The notes under the pieces are model-generated. The model ran no database searches. It saw only the letters and a program-made list of their open reading frames with translations, and had not been told where the DNA came from. From Candidatus Bilamarchaeum dharawalense (GTDB lineage: Archaea; Micrarchaeota; Micrarchaeia; Anstonellales; Bilamarchaeaceae), in NCBI GenBank assembly GCA_902386555.1, contig CABMJJ010000003.1, forward strand, positions 32,939 through 96,938: 64,000 bases of DNA. Direction: 5' to 3'. Below, piece after piece: positions 32,876-41,037 of the stretch (positions within the stretch are counted from its first letter, which is position 1; each line of letters begins with the position of its first letter). Both the position numbers and the translations under genes were made by a program.

Positions 32876-33142
32876 CGGGCCCGGTGAGATTTGAACTCAC
32901 GACCTTCGCCTTTCCCGCTTCCCTATGAAAAGATGTTTCTTTCCATGGGCACAGGAAACGTTGTTTCCTGCTGTTTGGAAAAAAGCGGGGCAAAAACTGA
33001 TTTGCTACTTTTTCCAAAAAGATAGGAGAGCGTCGCTCTATCCAAGTTTCTCTAAGTTTTGCATTTTTCGCGTTTCGATTTGCGAGCAAGATTGCGAGCA
33101 AATCAATGAAACAAAAGCAAAACAAAACTGAGCTACGAGCCC
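32876..33142 (-). tRNA. tRNA-Arg(CCU) interrupted by two introns (D-loop and anticodon loop)
   Basis: Exons are 33142-33128 (GGGCTCGTAGCTCAG), 33046-33023 (CTTGGATAGAGCGACGCTCTCCTA) and 32911-32876 (AGGCGAAGGTCGTGAGTTCAAATCTCACCGGGCCCG). The fold has a 7-bp acceptor, D stem GCTC/GAGC and T arm GTGAG-TTCAAAT-CTCAC. The anticodon loop is CUCCUAA. There is an A27-A43 mismatch. Spliced length is 75 nt and no CCA is encoded. Confidence 0.8.
32915..32987 (-). repeat. 73-nt intron core identical to 52415-52487
   Basis: Base-for-base identity between the anticodon-loop introns of the two tRNA-Arg genes. The sense strand folds as a closing helix CGCTT/AAGCG plus hairpins CAGGAAA-CAACG-TTTCCTG and CCATGGAAAG..CTTTTCATAGG. 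Confidence 0.85.
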
Positions 33143-33170
33143 ATTCAGAATATAACTTGTATAAGTAACG

Positions 33171-33177
33171 TTTATAA
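33171..33177. promoter_or_regulatory. Single TATA-like box between the divergent tRNA-Arg(CCU) gene and a probably leaderless CDS
   Basis: TTTATAA lies about 29-35 nt from tRNA position +1 (33142, minus strand) and about 25-31 nt from ATG 33202 (plus strand). Confidence 0.35.
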
Positions 33178-33201
33178 TTTGCACTTCCTTAATCTCGTTC
33201 T

Positions 33202-33978
33202 ATGATTCTGGAATTGACTGAGTTGCTTAGCCGTGCTGTCGAAGAAAAATTAGAGGACAGACTGGCAATTGCATTTTCAGCGGGTTTGGATTCTACTGTA
33301 ATTGCAGCCATTGCAAAAAAACATGTTCATGTTGAACTTTTCACTGTAGGAGTAAAAGATAGTGAGGACATGGAATGTTCAGAAAGAGTTGCCGGGGAAA
33401 TGGGTTTGCCATTAATTCCAGTTTACCTAGATGAAAAAATTGCAACAAATGCATACGAAAAATGCTATGACATGCTTAAACTTGATTTTCATAGATTGGA
33501 GATAATGGTCCCTGTTTATTGTGTGGCCGAAGCAGCTGCACAAAAAGGTCACCGGGTTCTACTTTTTGGAACAGCGGCAGAAGAACTTTTTGTTGGATAT
33601 GAAAGATATTATCAATACAAAAACGAAGGAAAGGATCTTGATTCGTTATTAAAAGAAGAGTACAAAACGCTTCCACAAAGAGAGATTGCCTGGACGAAAA
33701 AATTATGTAACAAGTTTGATATTGAGTCTAGATTTCCACTCTACAATAAAGAATTGGCAGAACTAATGTTTTCCGTCCCGTTGGATGAAAGAATGCACGA
33801 CAGGGAATTGAAAAAAGGGATTTTAAGAGAAGCTGGAAAAATTTTGAAAGTACCGGAATGCGTCTTAAAACGAAGGAAAAAAGCAATGCAATATGGCTCT
33901 GGAGTACACAAAATATTATTACGCAAGAGAGCTGAACTGGACCGACTCTACCCCAAAGAAGAACCTAACGGTGGATAG
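33202..33978 (+). CDS. Asparagine synthase C-terminal-domain-like PP-loop ATPase (no glutaminase domain)
   Basis: PP-loop-like AFSAGLDST and LLFGTAAEELFVGYERY (cf. AsnB LLSGEGADELFGGY). Confidence 0.6.
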   Translation: MILELTELLSRAVEEKLEDRLAIAFSAGLDSTVIAAIAKKHVHVELFTVGVKDSEDMECSERVAGEMGLPLIPVYLDEKIATNAYEKCYDMLKLDFHRLEIMVPVYCVAEAAAQKGHRVLLFGTAAEELFVGYERYYQYKNEGKDLDSLLKEEYKTLPQREIAWTKKLCNKFDIESRFPLYNKELAELMFSVPLDERMHDRELKKGILREAGKILKVPECVLKRRKKAMQYGSGVHKILLRKRAELDRLYPKEEPNGG

Positions 33979-34515
33979 ATGGACCCCTACCTATTAGGCT
34001 TAATTATGATTGCTATAATAGTTCCTGTGGCGTGGTATATTGTGACTAGAATAAAAACAAAAATCCTAGAGGAAAAAAGAAACACCTATTCTGAAGGAGA
34101 ATATTTGGAGATCGGCGGATTTAGATTTACTGAGAATAGTAAACAAATACCCGAGGAAAATGTTTTGATTAGACATGAGGTCCATGGTTGGCCAGTTTAT
34201 CAAAGCGGAACCCTGATCAAATCAAATGGAGAGGTTTGGACTCTGGAAAGTGAAGGGCACCAGGGCGAGTCTGGAAAATGGGGAAAAATAAAAAAGATTA
34301 GTAAGGCCAGACTGGATAGGATAAAAGATATAATAAAAAATTCCGGTTTTTTCAAACTACCAGCAAAAATAAGTGAGCAATTGAGAGATGGTTCAGCTGA
34401 GGTCTGGTTTGTTAATTTAAACGGAGAGGACCACAAAGTGCTCGTACGACTTTTTAATGAAGAGAAAAAACCAGATGCACTAAAAAAATTAGATGACGTG
34501 CTTGATACCCTATAG
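33979..34515 (+). CDS. Hypothetical membrane-anchored protein, 178 aa
   Basis: N-terminal TM LLGLIMIAIIVPVAWYIV. ATG directly follows the upstream stop. Confidence 0.55.
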   Translation: MDPYLLGLIMIAIIVPVAWYIVTRIKTKILEEKRNTYSEGEYLEIGGFRFTENSKQIPEENVLIRHEVHGWPVYQSGTLIKSNGEVWTLESEGHQGESGKWGKIKKISKARLDRIKDIIKNSGFFKLPAKISEQLRDGSAEVWFVNLNGEDHKVLVRLFNEEKKPDALKKLDDVLDTL

Positions 34516-35343
34516 GCGCATTTTGGCAGCTTTCACAGTATTGTGAAGCAGCATGGCTATGGTCATGGGACCAACACCGTGAGGCACTGGAGAGCAGTTA
34601 GCTTTTTTTATAACATTCTCGTAATCCACGTCGCCCCTAATTCTATCGCCAACTCTAGTGGTGCCAACATCAATAACAAATGCCCCCTCTTTCACCATAT
34701 CTGCTTTGACTAAACCGGGAACACCAGCTGCAGATACCAAAATGTCTGCAGTTCGTGTATGCTCGGCCAGATTCTTGGTCTTTGAATGACAAATGGTTAC
34801 CGTTGCATGTCTTGCAAGAAGCAGAAACGCCAACGGTTTTCCAACAACATTTCCTCGACCAATAACGGTTGCGTTTTTTCCCACTAGATCAACGCCGTAA
34901 AATTCCAGCATCCTTATCACACCTATGGGCGTTGCTGGAAGAAAGGAATCGCCAAAACCAAGAAACATTTTTCCGATGTTTGTTGAGGTCCAGCCATCAA
35001 CATCTTTTTTCGGATCGATCGTTTCCACAACAGTAAAATAGTTAATATGTTTTGGAAGAGGGTATTGAACGATGAAACCATCCACCGAGTCGTCTGTGTT
35101 GAGTTTATGAACTAGATCAATCAGGCTTTTTTCACTTATATTCTCGGGCAGCTTCTCAAGCCTGGTTTCGATGCCAACTTCATCGGCCCGTTTTATTTTC
35201 TTTTTAACATAAACTTCCGAAGCAGGATCATTTCCGGCAAGAACAATGGCCAGACGAGGTTTCCTTTTTAGCTTGGAAAGTAATTTTTTAGTATCTTCCA
35301 TAATACTGGCTGCAGGCTCCTTACCAGTAAGTGATTTGTACAT
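34510..35343 (-). CDS. folD: Bifunctional methylenetetrahydrofolate dehydrogenase/cyclohydrolase
   Basis: YVKKKIK, GFIVQYPLP, GRGNVVGKPLAFLL, TICHSKT and PVPHGVGPMTIAML. Confidence 0.9.
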   Translation of the reverse strand: MYKSLTGKEPAASIMEDTKKLLSKLKRKPRLAIVLAGNDPASEVYVKKKIKRADEVGIETRLEKLPENISEKSLIDLVHKLNTDDSVDGFIVQYPLPKHINYFTVVETIDPKKDVDGWTSTNIGKMFLGFGDSFLPATPIGVIRMLEFYGVDLVGKNATVIGRGNVVGKPLAFLLLARHATVTICHSKTKNLAEHTRTADILVSAAGVPGLVKADMVKEGAFVIDVGTTRVGDRIRGDVDYENVIKKANCSPVPHGVGPMTIAMLLHNTVKAAKMRL

Positions 35344-35395
35344 ACAAAGTCTTTGTGGTGCGCTATTTTTATTACTATTTTAAGAGAATATAGTT

Positions 35396-36976
35396 ATGTC
35401 AGAAAGACTTGTCCCATCTGAAGAAAGAAGAGGAAGTGTACAACAGCCAGTTTACACAGTAGCTCGCACACAGACTGAGATGATAGGAAACCAAGTGGGG
35501 CATTTTTTTGAAAGAGAATCAAGAATGTACACGCTGGGCGGTGTTCCAAGCGGTGATTTCCAACAGACCATGGAAAAAATAAGAGAAGAGAAAAACCCTG
35601 CACAGCGAGCCAGAATGTTTTTGGATTTTGTATATCAATTATCCGAAATTTATCGAGTCAGCCCGGATAAGGTAAATGGTTTTGGGATTAAATATGAAAA
35701 GGAAGCGTCTGACCCAACAAAAATACTTGAAACAAGACAGTTTAATTGCCTATCAGGAAATTTTTCTTTTGGCTGCTTTGTAAAAACATTGGCAGCTGAT
35801 GCGGACGTAGAAGCAACAGTTGTGATGAGAGAGGTAGTATCCGTAAGCGGTTCAGACTATGCCGGGCATGTATGTGGACAGATAACAATTAAGGGAGCAG
35901 AATTGATTTTTGATATTACCAATGGAGATAAAAAACCACTCAAATTCGAAAGACAGGAAAAACCAAACGAGTACAAGACAGGTGGATTCAGATATGTGTT
36001 TGGGGCAAGCTACGATATAAATGACACCACCTTATATGCAGCACAGATACAGGAAAAACTTGTAGCCGGACGGGAACTTGCACCAAAAGAAGTTGCCTTC
36101 TTAATGAAAATGGATGCTGTATTTCTTACTTATATTATAGGGTCCATAGAACTCACTAGTCCACAAACCATGGAAAAAATTGCAGCGCGAATTGACGAAA
36201 TAACGAACCCGAATGCAAGATTAAGACTGTCTTTATACATGGTGGAATATTACAATGAAAAAGGAGAAGTAGAAAAAGCAAAGAAATATGCACGAATTGC
36301 AGCTAAAGCATTGAACCAGGTCATTGACCAGGGCAAGGCCAATGAATTGAAGTTGAGTCCCTATTTAACAAACGCTGCCATTGCATTCACGCTTATTGCC
36401 GACGAAAAAAAAGTGGAGACTGCGATTTTGTACAAAATGATGATTGTAACTTTAGGATTGGGAAACACCTACGAACTTTCATCGGCACGAACTGATGATG
36501 CCAGATCATCAGAAGAATTTTTTACAACATTGGCAATGACATTTCAAAAAAGAAAGGCATTTGTCTTTAGACCAGAAACCAGAGATGGTATGAAGATGTA
36601 TCTATTGGAAAATATGGCTATAGCAAAAGCATTGAAACTGCTCGAGAAAAATGATTTTGGAAAAACAGATGACGGTAAATTGATAAAGAAACAGCTTACA
36701 GAGAGATTACAAGAAAATTGTAGAGAGATGGGATTGAGTTACACTGCTCTTGCAAATGTCACGGAACAATTACTGTTTAATTTATCAATGCAGGGTGGAT
36801 ACCGTGATAGTCCAGAAACTCGATATCAGGTACTCCTGGCAAAATTCGGAAGGATATGGGATGCTGTAACCGGAGACACCCAGGCCCTGGCCAATCTTGG
36901 GAATCTTTATGTTGGAGATAAGGAAGGATTGGCAGATTTGACAAAATGGATAGATCGAGTGAAAAAGCTTAGTTAG
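35396..36976 (+). CDS. Hypothetical protein with a putative transglutaminase-like Cys-His-Asp core and a helical repeat C-terminus
   Basis: QFNCLSGNFSFGCF (Cys), YAGHVCGQI (His) and LIFDITNG (Asp) occur in the spacing typical of transglutaminase-like peptidases. The C-terminal half is helical. Confidence 0.45.
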   Translation: MSERLVPSEERRGSVQQPVYTVARTQTEMIGNQVGHFFERESRMYTLGGVPSGDFQQTMEKIREEKNPAQRARMFLDFVYQLSEIYRVSPDKVNGFGIKYEKEASDPTKILETRQFNCLSGNFSFGCFVKTLAADADVEATVVMREVVSVSGSDYAGHVCGQITIKGAELIFDITNGDKKPLKFERQEKPNEYKTGGFRYVFGASYDINDTTLYAAQIQEKLVAGRELAPKEVAFLMKMDAVFLTYIIGSIELTSPQTMEKIAARIDEITNPNARLRLSLYMVEYYNEKGEVEKAKKYARIAAKALNQVIDQGKANELKLSPYLTNAAIAFTLIADEKKVETAILYKMMIVTLGLGNTYELSSARTDDARSSEEFFTTLAMTFQKRKAFVFRPETRDGMKMYLLENMAIAKALKLLEKNDFGKTDDGKLIKKQLTERLQENCREMGLSYTALANVTEQLLFNLSMQGGYRDSPETRYQVLLAKFGRIWDAVTGDTQALANLGNLYVGDKEGLADLTKWIDRVKKLS

Positions 36977-37688
36977 AAAACGCATCTCTGAGCCCAGCCA
37001 GCTGGGAGGATGCCACAGTATCCAAAACAAAACCAGGATCGCTCTTGAAACAGCTTAAAAAATAGCCAATTGGCCTTGTTAATTTTGGATCTGAAGTCAT
37101 AATGGATCGTAATTGGGATTCCAGTTCGCTTGCTGAAGATAATGGGTTTGTTGACAGGGCAGCTGTTGCGCTACCGACCATTAGACTTTCATGAACTCTC
37201 AGGGAGAGCATCATAAGTGCTAAAACCCCTAGTTTTTCGTTTTTATCAGCATCTCTATCTGATAGCACACTTAGATACAAAGTTAGATCGTCAAATGGTT
37301 CAACAACACCGAAATTTGCAAGTGGACGTGACGGTGTATTATTTGCAATAAAACCAATCTTGGATATTAGTAACTCTACCGAAGCGTCATCTGTACAGTC
37401 TCTTAGAGCACGACCAATCTGGGCTGATATCTCAGGAAATAGTTTTTCAAAAGCATCAAATTTTTGAAGAGAATCTCTTACTCGAGCTGAACCTAACCAC
37501 TGGGCTCTGTCTTTCACAGATAGAAGAACCTTCTGTGGAAATTCGGATTTACCAGTATCTGATGTCATTACCTGTTCAACTCTAGTCTGGGGCAATGTAT
37601 CGACAAGGATATCTGATGCCCTGCCTTTAGCACAACCACTGAAGATCAAAGCAGAAGAAATTATTAATACGGCTGTGGCCCTACGCAT
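36969..37688 (-). CDS. Hypothetical lipoprotein, 239 aa
   Basis: MRRATAVLIISSALIFSGC is a signal peptide with a lipobox-type Cys. Confidence 0.55.
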   Translation of the reverse strand: MRRATAVLIISSALIFSGCAKGRASDILVDTLPQTRVEQVMTSDTGKSEFPQKVLLSVKDRAQWLGSARVRDSLQKFDAFEKLFPEISAQIGRALRDCTDDASVELLISKIGFIANNTPSRPLANFGVVEPFDDLTLYLSVLSDRDADKNEKLGVLALMMLSLRVHESLMVGSATAALSTNPLSSASELESQLRSIMTSDPKLTRPIGYFLSCFKSDPGFVLDTVASSQLAGLRDAFSN

Positions 37689-37760
37689 GAATAGGATATG
37701 TATGGAAAGTATTAAAAAGTGTAATAATGTGGAACTAAATTAATAAATGGGCGTTGACTA

Positions 37761-38615
37761 GTGGATTTGATGATTTGGGTTTATTTTGCATTACTTGCAT
37801 CCCTGTGCTGGGCAATTGGCAATTTGATAAGCAAATATGCTTTATTCAAAATAAACCATGAAACTGCTACCATTGCAATGCTACTCACCAGTCCGCTGGT
37901 GGTTTTGGTGCTATGGGCATTCTTTCCAATTTCTTTCTCTCCGATTGCACTAATTGCAGGATTGTGTTGGTATAGTGGATATTATTTGTTTTTCAACGGA
38001 TTGGGAAAGGGCGAAGTTTCAAATGCCGTGGCAATCACATTAACAAACCCCATATTCACTGCAATTTTCTCAGCTTTTTTGATTGGGGAGATTCTTACGC
38101 CGACACAGTATCTTGGGGTGGGACTGGCAGTGTTGGGAGCGCTTATTGTTTCCATGGACGGAACAAAAATTAGAAAGGAGTCCATACCATTAATTTTCTC
38201 GAGCATACTTTTTGCATTGAGTGATGTGGCATCAAAAGTTGCCTTATTTGAAATCGATCCGATCAGCACCATGTTCTGGATAAGAGCCGTGGGGGTACCC
38301 TTACTTATTTTATTCTTCTTTATATGGAGACGAAAAATCAAATTCCATTCAGTAAAGATAGGAATGCTTTCGTTAACTACTGGAATTCTTTCTGACTTCG
38401 GGTCCTATATCTTCATTGTTGCCTGTACATTTACATTTGTTTCATTGGTTACTGCATTTGTAACAAGCCAGGCACTATTTGTCTTCCTTGGTGCAATTTT
38501 GATAACCACACTAAATCCGAAATTGCTGAAAGAGGACATTAGTAAAAAAAGTATGGCCCTGAAACTTGGTGCCATGATTCTGCTTATTTTAGGTGTTGTC
38601 CTCGTTGCAACCTGA
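37761..38615 (+). CDS. EamA/DMT-family transporter
   Basis: About 10 hydrophobic helices in two similar halves, which is an EamA-like pattern. GTG 37761 or in-frame ATG 37770 as start. Confidence 0.75.
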   Translation: MDLMIWVYFALLASLCWAIGNLISKYALFKINHETATIAMLLTSPLVVLVLWAFFPISFSPIALIAGLCWYSGYYLFFNGLGKGEVSNAVAITLTNPIFTAIFSAFLIGEILTPTQYLGVGLAVLGALIVSMDGTKIRKESIPLIFSSILFALSDVASKVALFEIDPISTMFWIRAVGVPLLILFFFIWRRKIKFHSVKIGMLSLTTGILSDFGSYIFIVACTFTFVSLVTAFVTSQALFVFLGAILITTLNPKLLKEDISKKSMALKLGAMILLILGVVLVAT

Positions 38616-38658
38616 TCCCCTTCATTTAAAAAAGTTCGGCATCAGAAGTCTGTTGTTG

Positions 38659-38949
38659 GGCCTGTAGCTCAGTCCGCTTTTTAGAAAAAAGCTTGGCAAA
38701 AACCAGCTGTTGAAAAACGCTGCGCGTTTTGGTGCTTTCTAATAAAAAGCGGGAGCAACCAGGTTAGAGCGACGGTCTTATATGGCACGATCTAGCACAG
38801 TAAGACTGGCTGAAACCTATGAAAGCCGTAGGTCCTGAGTCCGCCTTTTAGAAAAAAGCGGCCCAAAATTGGGTCGCTATGAAGGTGTGCAGGAATTCAA
38901 AATGGTATCTAGTTGCGACTAGAAATCATGCGGCTCTCAGCAGGCCCAA
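38659..38949 (+). tRNA. tRNA-Ile(UAU) with insertions in the D-loop, anticodon loop and T-loop
   Basis: Acceptor GGGCCTG (38659-38665) pairs perfectly with CAGGCCC (38942-38948); discriminator A at 38949. D stem is GCTC/GAGC, interrupted by an about 86-nt insert at 38675-38760. The anticodon stem is ACGGT/GCCGT with loop CTTATA-[41-nt intron 38784-38824]-A, giving anticodon TAT at 38780-38782. The T stem CTGAG (38836-38840)/CTCAG (38937-38941) encloses 96 nt instead of 7. T-loop splice junctions were not resolved by eye. Confidence 0.65.
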
Positions 38950-38966
38950 TTTTTTCTATTTTTTAT
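38950..38966 (+). terminator. Oligo-T tracts directly after the tRNA-Ile gene
   Basis: ATTTTTTCTATTTTTT immediately 3' of the discriminator base. Confidence 0.4.
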
Positions 38967-39147
38967 AACGTAAAATCAAATTCAAAAAGAGTTACAAACG
39001 TTTAATAACACTCTTCAAGCCAACGTGATCTGACCACAATTTAAAATCCTTTCCTAGGCCGAAAAATCCTTCGCTCTTTTTAAATTAAAAACATGGCACA
39101 AGCAATACGGGGGGAATTTGTAGGATGACCGTACTGGGGGTGGGGGT

Positions 39148-40701
39148 ATGGCACAGGCATTGGCAAGGGAATTACCTTGCAGGAGGAGGGTGGAGGATAG
39201 GGTTGTAGATGCCATGGCAAGAGCAGGCTTTCCTTTGCTTAGAAGGAATGTGCTCTATGAAAAACCAATAGGACGGATACTTTATCCGGAAAATGAGCTG
39301 ATTTTTAATAGAGGATTGGATGGGAAAAGCTCGAATTTCTGTGTTTTTGCAAAGAGAGAGGAGGACGGAACACTAGTACTGCACCACTATAATCCAGACC
39401 AAACAGCAATAACTCTGAAAAGAGAGCAGTTTATCAGAAAATTTGTCCTAACCGAATCAGCCAGCGATAAGGAAATTGATGATGCAGTTCAGCAAATCAA
39501 AGATGACGCGGCAAAGAAAAAACCAAACCAGTTTTTCTTTGCACCACACAATCACTTTGGCGCAGTAAGTCCGCCCTATGTTGATGACCTGGGAAACGAA
39601 GTGAAACCAAAACCAGTAAAATTCGACGATGGAGTTTCATTTCTAACAGATAATATCCGAAAGGCACTTTTCTATAACATAGATTACTATGCTCTTTCTT
39701 CCCATAACAGCTATGCAAGGAGAATAGCGGATTTCATGCACTGGGTAGGTCATTTGATGGGAATGGCACCCATACCAAGCATGGAACTTACTCTTCCTCT
39801 AAAAGAACCAAACGGACCACATATTCTACTTTGGATGAAGGATGGAAAAGTTGCGGATAGAGTAAAGAGAACGATTCTGGATAAGGGAACAAAACTAGAC
39901 ATGCCTTCCTATTTTGTCGGAATACCAATGGAAAAAATCCTCAAAATATTATTTGACTACCAGAGAAACAACCTGCTTGCCCTTGCATTGGCTCACCCGG
40001 TTAATTTTAATTCACCGAATTTACCGATACCCGTGGTGGGGATGTTTTCTGCAGTGGATACCGATGCATTGTACGAAGACGAACCATTGACATTAAGAAA
40101 AGTACATGAAATCGCACGCCAGTTTGATTCGGTTGCAATGTGGAATACCAGCCTTTACAAAAAAAGACACGAGATGCACATAGGAAACGATGAATTGAGG
40201 GACTATTTGAGATACTTGAATCACAAGCACATTGGCAATAAAAGATTGTGGGTTAACCAAACAAATTTTGCATTGGCCCATGAATTACACCAAAAATACG
40301 GTGTGTACACCCATTTTGAAACTGATGAACATAAAACAATGCCTTTTGTCGATGATCCAAATGGTGGCTATGTGATAGGCGGGGACAGTTTGGGGATGGG
40401 GATGACAGTTATCGAGATACCTGAAAATGTGACCTACATAAAAAAACCTTCACCAAGTCAGATCATTGACCTCATAAGAAGCAAAGCAGTGGATATGTAT
40501 GGCATAGTTTTTGCAGTTAAGAGAGCTGAGGCAATTACCGTCTATTCAGAACGGGCAGCAATTCCTGACGAACTTAGAGCCAAAAATGCCAAGTATGAAC
40601 ACGTTGGGGTCATGAGATATGCAGGCATGCTGATCAAAGATTTGTTTTCATTCCTATTTACGGGACAGGATGAACGAATAGGTCATATGCCAGGGGATTG
40701 A
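39148..40701 (+). CDS. Hypothetical protein with PHP-domain-like metal-binding motifs
   Basis: APHNHFG (HxH), ALSSHNSY, SMELT, LAHPVNF and ETDEHK occur in the order expected for a PHP phosphoesterase fold. The motifs are degenerate. Confidence 0.4.
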   Translation: MAQALARELPCRRRVEDRVVDAMARAGFPLLRRNVLYEKPIGRILYPENELIFNRGLDGKSSNFCVFAKREEDGTLVLHHYNPDQTAITLKREQFIRKFVLTESASDKEIDDAVQQIKDDAAKKKPNQFFFAPHNHFGAVSPPYVDDLGNEVKPKPVKFDDGVSFLTDNIRKALFYNIDYYALSSHNSYARRIADFMHWVGHLMGMAPIPSMELTLPLKEPNGPHILLWMKDGKVADRVKRTILDKGTKLDMPSYFVGIPMEKILKILFDYQRNNLLALALAHPVNFNSPNLPIPVVGMFSAVDTDALYEDEPLTLRKVHEIARQFDSVAMWNTSLYKKRHEMHIGNDELRDYLRYLNHKHIGNKRLWVNQTNFALAHELHQKYGVYTHFETDEHKTMPFVDDPNGGYVIGGDSLGMGMTVIEIPENVTYIKKPSPSQIIDLIRSKAVDMYGIVFAVKRAEAITVYSERAAIPDELRAKNAKYEHVGVMRYAGMLIKDLFSFLFTGQDERIGHMPGD

Positions 40702-40780
40702 GAAGCTCCTTTAAATTCCTTTTCCCCTTAAATCACCTATTACCAATTCTGGCAAACATTCATGCCTTCCAGGTGATTTT

Positions 40781-41029
40781 ATGGATTTAAAAGAAATAAG
40801 CGATATGGTAGGCGATCTCGCTAATGATACGGGTATTCCCAAGAATATACGAAGAGCGTTAACCGAAGCTAAGGTACGCCTTGATAGTCAAGAAGAAGAA
40901 ACTGTCAAGATAAGTGCGGCCATCTATATTATCGAAGGCATTACCGAGGATATAAATATGCCAGCCCATGCAAGAACCCAGATTTGGGCGGTCATAGGCG
41001 CACTGGAAAGCTATAATGAAACCAAGTAG
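40781..41029 (+). CDS. UPF0147 family small archaeal protein
   Basis: IPKNIRRALTEAKVRL ... EDINMPAHARTQIWAVIGALE matches my recollection of the UPF0147 pattern. Confidence 0.7.
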   Translation: MDLKEISDMVGDLANDTGIPKNIRRALTEAKVRLDSQEEETVKISAAIYIIEGITEDINMPAHARTQIWAVIGALESYNETK

Positions 41030-41037
41030 GCGAGGGG

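Noticed and set aside
32915-32987. The 73-nt repeat as a CRISPR repeat or as an intron-encoded C/D-box or H/ACA guide RNA.
   Set aside because: Only two copies exist, 19.5 kb apart, each inside a tRNA intron. I found no RUGAUGA/CUGA box pair and no ACA box with a pseudouridylation-pocket layout in either strand of the core.
32817-33131. ORFs 32817-33125 (-) and 32925-33131 (+), plus the short MKRCFFPWAQETLFPAVWKKA... reading frame shared by both tRNA-Arg introns.
   Set aside because: They overlap a tRNA gene and its introns. The shared frame diverges and terminates differently in the two copies right after the 73-nt identical block. RNA structure explains the conservation better than coding does.
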